Assembly: GCF_018350175.1 (NCBI RefSeq)
Contig: NC_058369.1
Coordinates: 5,396,001 to 5,460,000 of the forward strand
Length of the DNA stretch: 64,000 nt
From: Felis catus
Lineage: Eukaryota
Direction: 5' to 3'
Under the pieces are notes generated by a model. It was not told the DNA's origin. It did not search any database and saw nothing but the letters and a program-made list of their open reading frames with translations. This document shows, one piece after another, positions 49,790 through 60,745 of this stretch. Position 1 is the stretch's first letter; every line of letters begins with the position of its first letter. The position numbers were made by a program, and so were the translations under genes.

Positions 49790-50600
49790 AGCCGCGCGGA
49801 CTTAGCCACAGGCACATCCCTCACTCAGCCCCACAGTCAGCCCCCGGGCTCCGGCCCGCACCTCCTCAGGCCCCCAAACCCCAACGCGGTCTAGGACTTG
49901 GTCTTCACCCTGGGGGTAACGTGAATTCATCCTCCTCTTGCGTCGGGCTGTTGGCCTCCTCCCAGGCCCCGCCTCCACGGAGGGCGCGCCGCTGCCCCCT
50001 CTGCCTCCACGGCCCCTCCCCACGCCAGCCCAGGCCCCGCCCTCCGGCCCCGCCCCCACCCCTCTGGCTGCCGACTGCGACGCACGTGGTGGCTCTCTAC
50101 AGCGTGGCGCGGGCTGGCGAAGACGCCGGGTTCCCCCCTCCATCACGGTCCCGGCAGCCCCCATGGGTCTCTTCTGCCCCTCGGCCGCCCCCCCCCCGAC
50201 CCTCCCGGACCCCGCCCCAGCCAAGTCCTGCCCCTCAGCGGGCCTCCCCAGAAGCTGTAAGCCCCCCCACCCCGCCCGGGGCGCACGCATTGCGCCCACC
50301 GCTTCTGCGGGGTGCTGGCACCGGTCCGGTGGCTCCAGGAGAAATCGGCGGGCTGGCGCTGGACGAGGAATCCGTGGAAGCGCACGTCGTGCAAGCCCGA
50401 GGGCACCTCCTTGGCCGGCGACTGGAGGGCCCAGCGCATGAGAAGGGCGCCCCGGTCTTACCTGCCGGCGCAGGTGCCCCTAGGCCTCCACGCGTGTGAG
50501 ATGCCACCGAGGAAGAAGAGCAGGTGCGAGGCGCCGCGTCCCCGCCGCCCCCCCCCCCACCTGCACCCACTACGTGCCCCTGAGCCTCACTGGACTCTGA
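49790..50600 (-). promoter_or_regulatory. CpG island; candidate NFILZ promoter and first exon (donor at 50462)
   Basis: Dense CpG/GC, GC boxes, CACGTG at 50083-50088, and a near-consensus minus-strand donor CAG|GTAAGA at 50462/50461 pointing toward NFILZ. Confidence 0.55.
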
Positions 50601-51452
50601 GGAGACTGAGGAGGCTTTGGGGTGTGTGAAGCCCTCTGTTTCCCTTCCCAAGAGCCTGCTTTAAGCCGGAGTCAGTTTGGAGAGGAGCCCCAGGCTGCTG
50701 GGCTCAGATCCAGGCCCCCCAACCCCCTCTCTGACTTTTCAGAGAGCTTGTAGGGAGCCCCCACTGGTCCCCACTCCCCAGCACCAGGAACCCCTTGTTC
50801 CTTGCACAGACATGAGTTGAACTCTGTGTTTTAGACCTGGTGGGGGGAGGGGGAGAGGGGAGAAGGCGTTCCTAACCTCTGCCCTCTTGAAGCTAACACT
50901 TCAGGGGGAGAAACGAGTGTGATGAACAAGTTAGAGCCTAAAAATGCTGACATCCTGAGGTCTGTGCAGTAAAGGAAATAAACAGGAAACAGTGAGAGAG
51001 AGACAGGCGGCTGTGGCTGGGATGGTCATCTTCTCTGCAGAGGTGACATTTGAGCTCAGATCTGAAGGGCGGCGGAGCTGGCCATTCAAACAGCCAGAGG
51101 AGAGCCCAGCAGTCGGGGGACACAGCAGGTGCATAGGCCCCTGGGGGCTGGAACAGGCTTCTTCCATCAGTGGGCTTCGCTCTACGGCCTTCCTCTCTTT
51201 CTCTCCACTGATCTTCCCCTCAGCCTTAGAGATTCCCTATCCTGAACACCCTTTCCTTGCCCCACTTCTCCTCCATGATGGCCAAGGTTCTAGAAGGCTT
51301 GAGCTAACCTGAATTTCCACGAACGGAGCGCACGGAACGAGACATGTGATTGAGGGTTGCCATGGAAATAGGTCCACATCCACTTGTGGATGTTATGGAT
51401 AGTATGGTCCTATTCAAGGTGGACGTGATCAAAGACCCTTGGATATCTAAAA

Positions 51453-51672
51453 TTATTTTTCATGTTATTTATTTTTGAGAGAAGGGGGGGAGAGAGAGAG
51501 AGAGGGAGAGAATATGAGTGGGGGAGGGGCAGAGAGAGGGAGACAGATTCAAAGCAGGCTCCAGGCTCTGAGCTGTCAGCACAGAGCCCGACGTGGGGCT
51601 CAAACTCACAAACCTCGAGCATGACCTGAGCTGAATTCAGACGCTTAACCGACTGAGCCACCCAGGCGCCCC
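51453..51672 (-). mobile_element. SINEC_Fc-type SINE within an L1 3' remnant
   Basis: Reverse body ending gactgagccacccaggcgcccc. Confidence 0.9.
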
Positions 51673-51727
51673 TGAATTGTGGACTTTTAATGGGTGAACT
51701 GCATGGTATATGAACTCTATCCCAAAG

Positions 51728-51728
<1 letters not shown>

Positions 51729-51807
<79 letters not shown>

Positions 51808-51820
51808 CAGAGAGAGAGAG
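51729..51820. repeat. Compound (TG)n(AG)n microsatellite
   Basis: Directly visible. Confidence 0.97.
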
Positions 51821-51829
51821 GGAATGTCA

Positions 51830-52310
51830 GGACTGCTAGGTATTCATCCAGAGGACATGACAACTTTTCGCTCACACAGAAACCTGCACATAGATGTTTA
51901 CAGCGATATATGTATAATTTCCAAAATGTGGAAAGAACTCAAATGTCCCTCAACAGACGGACCGGTAGAAGGTGGTACATCCACATCCCAGAACACTCCC
52001 CAGCAGTAACGGGAAAGAAATAATTGGCACGCTGACATCGGGGGTCAGTCTGCCATGCGTTCTGCTGAATGAAAGTTGCCACACTCCAAAGGCTCATACG
52101 GTGTGACTCCACTGACACTTTTCTTCTGGAAAAGACAAACTAGTGATTGGGAACACATCAGTGGTTGCCAGAGGCTGGGGAGGGGGGCACACGCCTATCC
52201 TGATTGAGGCTGTGTCTGTAGGGCGGTATGCATTTGTCAAATAGCATAGACTTGTACCCTAAAGTGGGTAGGTTTTACTGGGTGCAAATTACACCTTAAT
52301 TGTTTTTTAA
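51830..52310 (+). mobile_element. Old L1M 3' fragment
   Basis: cacacagaaacctgcacatagatgtttacagc; catcagtggttgccagaggctgggg; catttgtcaaa. Confidence 0.7.
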
Positions 52311-52955
52311 GGAAAGCAAAAGATCTGGAAGGAAAAGATACACCGTGCGGTAAAAATCAGAGCTGAATAGGAAAGAAGGGGCTATCCGTGCTCCCCAGAT
52401 CCACTTCTGTCCTCCCATCCCCTCCTCCAGCCTTGAAGACCCTGCTCCCTTGGCCGGCAAATGGCTGAGGAACCCCCACCCCATCTTCACCCCGTTCACC
52501 TCCCTGGCCCTCCTGGTTGCTAAGTCCCAAGGGCAGGGGGTGCTGGTCAACACTCCAACACTCTTCGCTGCTTGAGACCCAACAGCCCTCGCTTGGGTCC
52601 TTATGTCACATCACCAGTTTGCCCCTGCATCTCTGATGGCTCAGCTCTGTCTCCTACCCAGATTTTCATCCTCCTCCCTGGGCTATCCCTTCTGTGGCGT
52701 CACGGGCAGCCAACGTGTGAACCACATCCACCTCCAGGTCTCTTTCTAGAACTCACCTCCTTGGATCTCCACCAACTATTTCTACTAATATGACCTGGAT
52801 CCAGTCCCGGCTCTCACTGTGCCTGTGGCTGGACAAACCCCTAGTCTGTTTCCCGCGTAGCCTGTGCTCTGGGGTCTCAAGGTACCGCCTGGCAAGTCCT
52901 CCCTGGGATGTCCCTTGCTCAAGAACCTACCGTGGGATTAAAGATGTAAACTTGA

Positions 52956-53290
52956 GGGGCGCCTGGGTGGCTCAGTCGGTCAAGTGTCCGACTTGCGCTC
53001 AGGACGTGGTCTCGAAGTTCATGGATTCGAGTCCCACATCAGGTTCTGCGCTGACACTGCGGAGCCTGCTTGGGGTTCTCTCTCTCTCCGTCCCTCCTCC
53101 AGTCATGATTCCTCTCGCTCTCAAAATAAATAAATAAACTTAAAAAACAAAAAAGCAAAGAGAGGGGCACCCATTTGGCTCCATTGGTGAAGCTTGCAAC
53201 TCTCGATCTTAGGGTTGTGAGTTCAAGCCCCGCATAGAGCTTACTTTAAATTGATTGATTGATTGATTGATTGATTAAAATAAATAAAAA
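52956..53290 (+). mobile_element. Two consecutive Can-SINEs (52956-53150 and short 53164-53290 with a (TTGA)n tail)
   Basis: Two SINE heads and tails. Confidence 0.82.
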
Positions 53291-53329
53291 AGAATTCTGC
53301 CTTTAATTCTCCTGGAACATGATCATTAA

Positions 53330-54460
53330 TGTTAAAAAAAAAAAAGGAACATACCAGGCGCTGGCCAAGATGTGGAGAGACCGGAGCCCCGTGCTCGGCT
53401 GGTGAGACGGTGAATTAGAGCAGCTGCTGTGGAAAACCGTTCATCAGCCCTTCAGAAAATCACACCAGAGCCACCTTCGGGCCCAGCAGTTCCACTGCTG
53501 GGTATCCATCTACCCAAAGGGGTTGAACGCAGGGATCTCTGTACACAACAGGTGACCGAACAGATACTCGTACACAGCAGTTCACGACAGCAGCGTTAAC
53601 ACCGGCCGAAAGGTCCATCGACGGATCCATGGACAGACACAGTGTGGTCCGTCGATACCAGGGGACGTTATCCAGCCTTAAAAATTATCACGTGCTTATC
53701 CATGCTACAACGTGGCTGAGCTTTGGAGACACGTAAAGCAAGAGAAGCCAGACATAAAAGGACAGATACTGCACGATTCCTCCCTTACGTGAGGTCCCCA
53801 GAGGGGTCCCGTCCACAGAGACAGAGTAGTGCGAACCAGGGGTGGGGAGTCAGCGTTTCGGGGGCACGGAGTCTCAGTTTGGGGAGATGAGAAAGTTCTG
53901 GAGACGGATGGGGCGGACGGCTGCGCGACGTCATGAATTGCTTAATGCCACCGAGCTGCGCACTTAGGAACGGTTAAAATGTGGGGCACCTGGGGCGCTG
54001 GGGCGCTCAGTCAGTTAAGCGTCTCACTCTTGACAGGGGCTCGGGTTATGATCTCATGGTTCGTGAGTTCGAGCCCCTTGTGGGGCTCTGCACTGTCAGG
54101 GCGGATTCTCTCTTTCCCTCTGTCTCTGCCCCCTCCCTCCCTCTCTCTTTCCCTCTCAAAAGTAAATAAACATTTTTTAAAATGTGGGGAGCCTGCGTGG
54201 CTCAGTCCGTTAAGCGTCTGACTCCTGATTTCGGCTCAGGTCTTGATCTCACGGTTCATGGGATTGAGCCCCGCGTCGGGCTCTGTGCTGACAGCATGGA
54301 GCCTGCTTGGGATCCTCTCTCTCCTTCTCTCTCTGCCCCTCCTGCAGTCATTCTCATTCTCTCTCCCTCTCTCTCTGCCTCAAAAATAAGTAAGCATTTT
54401 TTTTTAAAAGAAAAGAAGGGTGAAAATGGTAAATTTCATGTTACCATTTTACCACAACCG
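53330..54460 (+). mobile_element. L1M 3' fragment with tandem Can-SINEs (~53990-54180 and 54187-54410) in its tail
   Basis: ggccaagatgtggagaga; tcagtttggggagatgagaaagttctggaga; resumes aaaatggtaaatttcatgtta...ttttaccacaa after the SINEs. Confidence 0.85.
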
Positions 54461-54639
54461 GAAACAAAGCAGGAATCTGTCATCGTTCCCTCTTGCCGGC
54501 CTGACTGCAGCTACAGCACTCCTGAGCCCTCGGCTGCAGCCAGCCTGGCCTCCCCACCTCTGTCCTGCTGCGCCCTCCCCACTCCTCTCCTTCCTCCCAA
54601 ACCCACCAGCCCCGCCCTGAAGACTCGGAGGGCGGCTTA

Positions 54640-55460
54640 GGCCTGGGGAGAACCAGGGCAGCGGTGGGGGCTCGTCAGGGACACAGGGGAGGTAAGAGTG
54701 GCTCAGCCGCTCCCCAGGGCAGGCAGCCGAGGCAGGGAACCGTCCTCAGCAGCGTGGAAAACTTTTCCCCGGGGTACCAGCAGGTGCAGCCAGAGGAGGA
54801 AGAGAAGAGAGAGTGGCCGGGAGCCGAGGCCAAGGTGCCCCGGAGACCACGCGTCTCCTCTTTCTCCATTTCGTCCCGGTTTCCCTGTCCCCCACTGGCA
54901 ATACCAACTGACAGCACTCGTGATAACAAGCACACAGCAGGAGAGGCCGGCCCAGCTCGCATCTGCCTCCACTTCCCCGGGCCTTGGTGGCCTGTGCCCA
55001 TCAGGGACACGCGGGGCCGAGGCCTGGAGTGGCCAAGTCCCCAGGGTGCTCACAACCAGAGGCAGCGGGAGAGGCCGGAGTGGGTGGCCAGAGGAGGAGG
55101 AAGAGGAAAGATCGGCGGGTCTGACACGCTGGGGCAGGGCTGTGGCAGGAGGGGGCTGGGCGGAGAGGCCCGGCAGCTAGACGGAGGGGAAGCCAGGCCA
55201 GCAGCACATGTTAGTTTCGGAAGAAGGGGGCCAATCTTCAGCTTCTCACTGTGACCCTGGACTTGGGCCCCAGGGGTGATCAGATGTTTCTCTCCTGAGC
55301 TAAACTCTGGGCTTCGTCCCAGGGGACTCCGCGAGCCTTCCCAGAAGACACGCCCCCTCCTTAAGAACCCCCCAGAGAGCGAGGGGAGGGACGTTTTCCA
55401 GTCCAGGAACCCCGCCCCCCCCAGCCCCCCATCAGCCAGCCCGGGCTGACCCCCATCCAG
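54640..55460. promoter_or_regulatory. Moderately CpG-rich non-repetitive region (possible enhancer or promoter)
   Basis: Elevated CpG and GC in apparently unique sequence between repeat blocks. Confidence 0.3.
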
Positions 55461-56514
55461 CCTCATCCTGAGCTCCTAATTTGGCTGCCCAGAGTTTGCT
55501 ACCCCACTGGGCCACCCCAGAGAGAGCCATGGTCCTGGGAAGAGGAGGAGGAGGAAACCTTTGAGGCTTGGCCAGGAGCCTCAGCCTGAAATTGCACCAT
55601 TCAAGTTTCCCCTTAGGGCTAAGGCAGCGTTTCCTTTATCTGTTCCAGGAACCCCTAGCACCCCAAAAAGTGCTCCAGAGGGCAAGAAACGTCAAGGGGG
55701 CAGATGCATTCCAGAAAGCTGCGCAAAACACGTGAGCAAATGAAAACCTCTGGGAAGGCCTGCAAGGAACAACCCCATTTAGCTTTGCTTAATCCCCGGT
55801 TTGGCCGGGGTTCCACAGAGCATGCCCTGAACATCCAAGGCCCCAATTAAATGCCCACTGTGAGAGCCCAGAGGGGCCAGGGGGCAGTCAGGCTGCAGAG
55901 GGAGTGAGTCAGTTTGACTGGAGGGAGGGAGGGGACAAGGGGGACACAAGCCAGGCCTGAGGACCTTGCATGCCACCCTCAGAGACCAGAAACGTCCCCG
56001 AGGGCCTGGAAGGGGAACTCAGCCCTCACTGCCACCACCCTGCTCCTTGCTGTCTGACCAAACTCCCCCCCTCCCCCCCAGAGTCATGTCTCCTGCTCCT
56101 TCCCCCTGGCCATGACGGGAGCCACTGTGCCCATCAACGGAGCCACAGTGGAGACGTCACAGGCACTGTCGGCCCACAGTGTGGTTACACTATAAAGACC
56201 AATGACGGGAGTTAGCCTTTAGTGGACACGACGCTCCAATAATGCATGGACACGCCCATGCATTATTCCTGACACCAGGAGGGCAGACGGGTGGGGGCTG
56301 GAATCACGGGTCACCACTTAGCAGTTGTGCGGTCTTGGGACAGGGAGTTCAATTCTGCTGTCTTAGAGAGAGACGGTCTCTGCAAAAATAAAAAAAACAA
56401 AAGGCGGGGGGGGGAATAAAAGGCTTTTGCGAGTCAGGTAACAGTGGTGGGCTAGGAAGGACCCGGCTCAGCCCAGCAGATGTCAGCAGGGACAGAAGAC
56501 AACCCAGATCAGGC

Positions 56515-56730
56515 CAGCCGCTGTCACCCAACCGATTCTGCCCCCCACCCCAGGGGACATTGGGCAATGTCTGGAGACGGTTTTGATTGGCAGGATTGGG
56601 GGTGCTGCTGGCATCTGGTGGGTAGAGGCCAGAGACACTGCTAAGCATCCTATAATGCACAGGACAGCCCCCTACAACCAAGGCCTCTGCAGCTCACGGT
56701 GTGAGTAGTGCGAAGGGGGAGAGACCCCGG
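56515..56730. mobile_element. MER20-like hAT element
   Basis: caggggacattgggcaatgtctggagac ... ggcatctggtgggtagaggccagaga ... taagcatcctataatgcacaggacagcccc. Confidence 0.8.
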
Positions 56731-56968
56731 ATCAGTCAGTCATCCCCCAAGCTGGAGTCGTCGTCCTCCTCCTCCTCATCATCATATTGATTCGCTTTCG
56801 AGTGCGCTCACAGGGTTTCAAGCCCTGTTCTAAGCGCTTTATACACATTGACCATTTCATTCTCATAACAACCCCTTTATGAGGTGAGCACTATTACTGT
56901 CCCTGTGTTCGGAGAGGTTAAGTAATTGTCCTAAGGTCACACAGCTTTAAATGGCAAAGCCAGGTTCT

Positions 56969-57436
56969 TTTTTTTTTTTTTTTTAATTTTTTTTAATGTT
57001 TATTTATTTCTGAGACAGAGAGAGAGAGAGAGACAGAGCATGAGTGGGGGGGGGGGAGCAGAGAGAGAGGGAGACACAGAATCCGAAGCAGGCTCCAGGC
57101 TCCGAGCTGTCACCACAGAGCCCGATGCGGGGCTCAAACTCACAAACAGTGAGGTCATGACCTGAGCCGAATTCGGCCGCTCAACCGACTGAGCCACCCA
57201 AGTGCCCCTTAACCTTTTTTTTTTTTTTTTTTTTTAGTGATTATTTATATTTGAGAGAGACAGAGACAGCATGAGTAGGGGAGGGGCAGAGAGAGAGGGA
57301 GACACAGAATCCGAAGCAGGCTCCAGGCTCCGAGCTGTCAGCACAGAGCCCGATGCGGGGCTCGAACTCACAAACAGTGAGGTCATGACCTGAGCCGACG
57401 TCGGCCGCTCAACCGACTGAGCCCCCCAGGCGCCCC
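56969..57436 (-). mobile_element. Two tandem SINEC_Fc-type SINEs inside a MIR
   Basis: Bodies ~56969-57208 and ~57215-57436; single outer TSD GG(C/T)AAAGCCAGGTTCT at 56953-56968 and 57437-57452. Confidence 0.92.
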
Positions 57437-58082
57437 GGTAAAGCCAGGTTCTAACGCAGACTGCCTGCGTCCTGACCCTTCTCTCAGCTCACCTCCTGGG
57501 TGGGAATGGGGGACCCTGAATCCACTGCGATTATGGTTTCTCCCCCGCCCTCCCCCACCCATAGCTGAATGAGGGCTCGGAGTAAAGGTTAAGAGGAGTT
57601 ATTTATATCAAATTCTGTTTCTCCAGTGCCTGAGCATGGGGGACTCAGCTCCACGCGCCTCCCTGAGCGGACGGGCTTAGGGGACGTTTTCTCCAGCTGT
57701 GGTGAGCTGAACGCCATCTGTTCTGGCTTCAGAGGTGAACTTGCTTGGCTACGGGGCCGCTGGGGTCCGGGCAAACAAGAGCTGGCTGTTCCAGGAGCCA
57801 GTTCAGAAATCAGAGGGCAGAGGGGCAGAAGACACATGCGACCCCCGCCGTCATCGTCCTCCTGTCGTTAATAGTAACTCGTCCGCACTGACAGCACATC
57901 CTGTGAGCCAGGTCATGTCCTAAACCCTTTACATCCTTAACGCACTTAATCGTCCCAAGAGTCCTGTGCAACTGATACAATCACCCCCATTTTGCAGACA
58001 GGGACACGCGTTCAGAGGGAAAGGCCACCCGCCCTGGGCCAGGCAGTAGGGGGTGTAACTCTGAGCACCTGCTCCTTAACCC

Positions 58083-58320
58083 AGAGAGTCTCCACCTCCA
58101 AACTGTTTGTACTTGGGGCCAGATCATGTCTGTGATGGACAAGGTCCCGGGCACTGTAGGGCGCTTAGCACCCCCTTAGCCTCTACCCGCCAGATGCCTG
58201 TATCACCTCCCCCAGGCATGACAACCAAAAATGTCTCCAGACATTGCCAGATGTCCCCTGGGGAGGGTTGGGGGGGCGGGGGGGGGGGGGGCAAACTGCC
58301 CCGGGCTGAAACCTCTGCCT
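58083..58320. mobile_element. MER20-like element (opposite orientation to the 56.5-kb copy)
   Basis: gcctctacccgccagatgcc ... gacaaccaaaaatgtctccagacattgccagatgtcccctgggg. Confidence 0.8.
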
Positions 58321-58590
58321 TGACCCCACACTGTGGGATGGGGCAGGGGCTGATCGGCATGGAGAGGTCTGCTTGCTGCAGCCCCCAGAAGAATCTGGAG
58401 CCTGAAACCCACGCTAACAGTACGAATCAGTGTTATGGCAATGTCGTTCTGTGGCACCTACTGTGTGCCAAGTCAGGACTTGAACCCAGGCTTCAGAATC
58501 TACACTTCAGCACTGAGTGTGCCTGCCTGCCCGGTGGCCCCACCAGGGAGGCGCAGGTGAGGCTGGAAGACAAGTCAAAAGGGAAAAGGA

Positions 58591-58808
58591 GGGGAGCCTG
58601 GGTGGCTCAGTCGGTTGAGCCTCCAACGTCGGCTCAGGCCATGATCTCGCGGTCCGTGAGTTCGAGCCCCGTGTCAGGCTCTGTGCTGACAGCTCAGAGA
58701 CTGGAACCTGCTTCGGATTCTGCGTCTCCCCCTCTCTGACCCTCCCCGTTCATGCTCTGTCTCTCTCTGTCTCAAAAATAAACATTAAAAAAAAAATTTT
58801 TTTTAAAG
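58591..58808 (+). mobile_element. SINEC_Fc-type SINE with TSD
   Basis: AAAAGGGAAAAGGA at 58577-58590 and 58809-58822. Confidence 0.92.
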
Positions 58809-60249
58809 AAAAGGGAAAAGGAAGCCTTAGATTCAGGAGTCTTGGACCCAAACAGGTCGGCAAGGTTTTATGAGGCACCTACTGTGTGCTACATGTCCTG
58901 GCCAAGAAGAGAGCAACAGAATTGGTCTTGAGCGGTTCCCCTGCCCGCCGAGACTCCACCTGCAACACCTCTCCCAGCCTCTCGTCCAACAGCCGGGAGC
59001 TAAGCACCTATTGAGCACCAGTATTTGCATTCACACTCAACAGATGCACGAAACAAGGCTCAGAGAGGCCAAGCAACTTGCCAGGGACACACAGCAGGAG
59101 GCGGGAGGCTCCCGGCTTCATCTCTCCAGTCCCCCGTTAACCTTCAGACCCTCCTGGGGATCATCAGCATTCTGTTCTTCAGATCCACAGTCCCGTTGAC
59201 GCATCCCAGTATTCGCAGGGTCTAAGGGCCAGAGAACACGTTTGCTTTCTAGAAGACGTCTCTCTGCTCCCTAGGGCTGAGGATGCAACCCTGGTGGGGC
59301 CCAGCAGAAGCCCAGGGACCAGGTGTCCCTTGGGGTCTTGGTGTCCCCTGGATGTCACCCCTTGGCCCATCCTCTGGAGCAGAAGCCTCACCCCCTGGGA
59401 CTTCCCCCACATCTGCTTCTCTCTCCAGCTGGACCCCACCCATCCTAGGTGTCCCCGTCCCACCTGGCTCTCCCCAGCGGCTTCCTGACTCCCAGTTGAC
59501 ACTCGGGCCCCCTCTGCCAGACCTGGGCCGCCCTGGAGAAGGCGGGGTGCCGTTCCATCTGGGCATGACTTCCCCCGGGGAATGGGAGATGATCCCCAAT
59601 GCTAAGAGACAGCTTGTTCTAGAAGAAGAACCCAAGAAGCCAACTTGGGCTTTGCCGAAGCCACATCCCCAGCCTGAGAGCCCCCTGCTCACTCACCACC
59701 CCCGTCACATACACACGGACAAAATGTTAGGAGGTCACAACCCACTGGGGTTTCTCACTTGAGGGTGAGGGGGGATTTTACTGATCCTCTGCCAGGCACC
59801 CCCGAGACCTCTGAGGTGGCCATGGTGGCTGAAAGAGCAAAAGGCTGGAGGCCAGCCACTCACCTGGACGCGTCGGGGTGGGGCAGGACAAGAGAGGCGC
59901 CACATTTGAAGTCTATGTCACAAAGTGCCGGGCTGGAGGAAAGGCGCTGGCCGTGTGCTCTGGGAGGGGCAGAGGGGGACGGCTGAGGCTCATCTGGCCC
60001 AGCAGCAAAAGGGAAACTGAGGCCAGCCCTCAGACCATCCCTCTGAGATCAAGAGTGATGTTCCCAACAGCAGCCCCCAAAGCTGGGGGCGGGGGGGGGG
60101 GAATCGGAGACCCTTCTGTGCCCTGTGCTAGAATGGGGGCCAAGGGGTGGGGGCGGGAGGGAGGAATCCTCAGGGCCCTGGAGAGGGAGGGTGGGAGGCC
60201 CGCGTTGCATTTGCTGGGCGGGGGTTGGGTTTTTGTTTTACCTTTTCTC

Positions 60250-60745
60250 CCCAGTTTTATTGAAATATAATTGATGTACAACACCATGTAAATTTAAGGC
60301 ATACGATGTACACATCCGGTGCACTTATATGCGACAGTCCCGTTAGCACCCGCAGGCGGTTAGCATTTCTTTGAAGAATATAATACCGCGTTAACTATAG
60401 TCACCACGCCGAACGTTAGATCAAAAGAACTGACTCTCTAACTGGATTTGGTGTCCTTTGACCAACATCTCCCCGTCGCCCCCACCCCACAACCCCTGGT
60501 AATCACTATTCTTTTTTTTTAAGTTTATTTATTTTGAGAGAGAGAGAGAGAGAGCACAGAGCCTGATGCGGGGCTCGAACCCCAGAATCAGGAGATCATG
60601 ACCTGAGCCGAAATCAAGAGTCAGACGCTCAACCGACTAAGCCACCCAGGTGCCCCTGGTAACCACCATTCTTGTGTCTGCTTCTCCGAGTTTGGTTTTT
60701 TTAGATTCCACACATAAGCGACCAGACACAGTGTCTTTCCCCCCT
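60250..60745 (-). mobile_element. L1 3' end remnant with an internally deleted Can-SINE (60511-60655)
   Basis: ttttattgaaatataattgat...; ttttagattccacacataag; TSD ccctggtaa(t/c)cac(t/c)attctt around the SINE. Confidence 0.8.

Noticed and set aside
49567..50651. 310-aa and overlapping Pro/Ala/Arg-rich ORFs
   Set aside because: Stop-poor CpG island, open in several frames, no recognisable domain.
48511..54697. Plus-strand donor-like sites TAG|GTGAGT (48520) and GAG|GTAAGA (54691)
   Set aside because: No matching acceptors or other evidence for a plus-strand transcript; expected by chance.
4449..58739. Recurrent peptides such as WVAQSV...AQVMIS...GSVLTA..LEPASDSVSPSL
   Set aside because: Translations of Can-SINE copies; the heads are tRNA-derived but are not tRNA genes.
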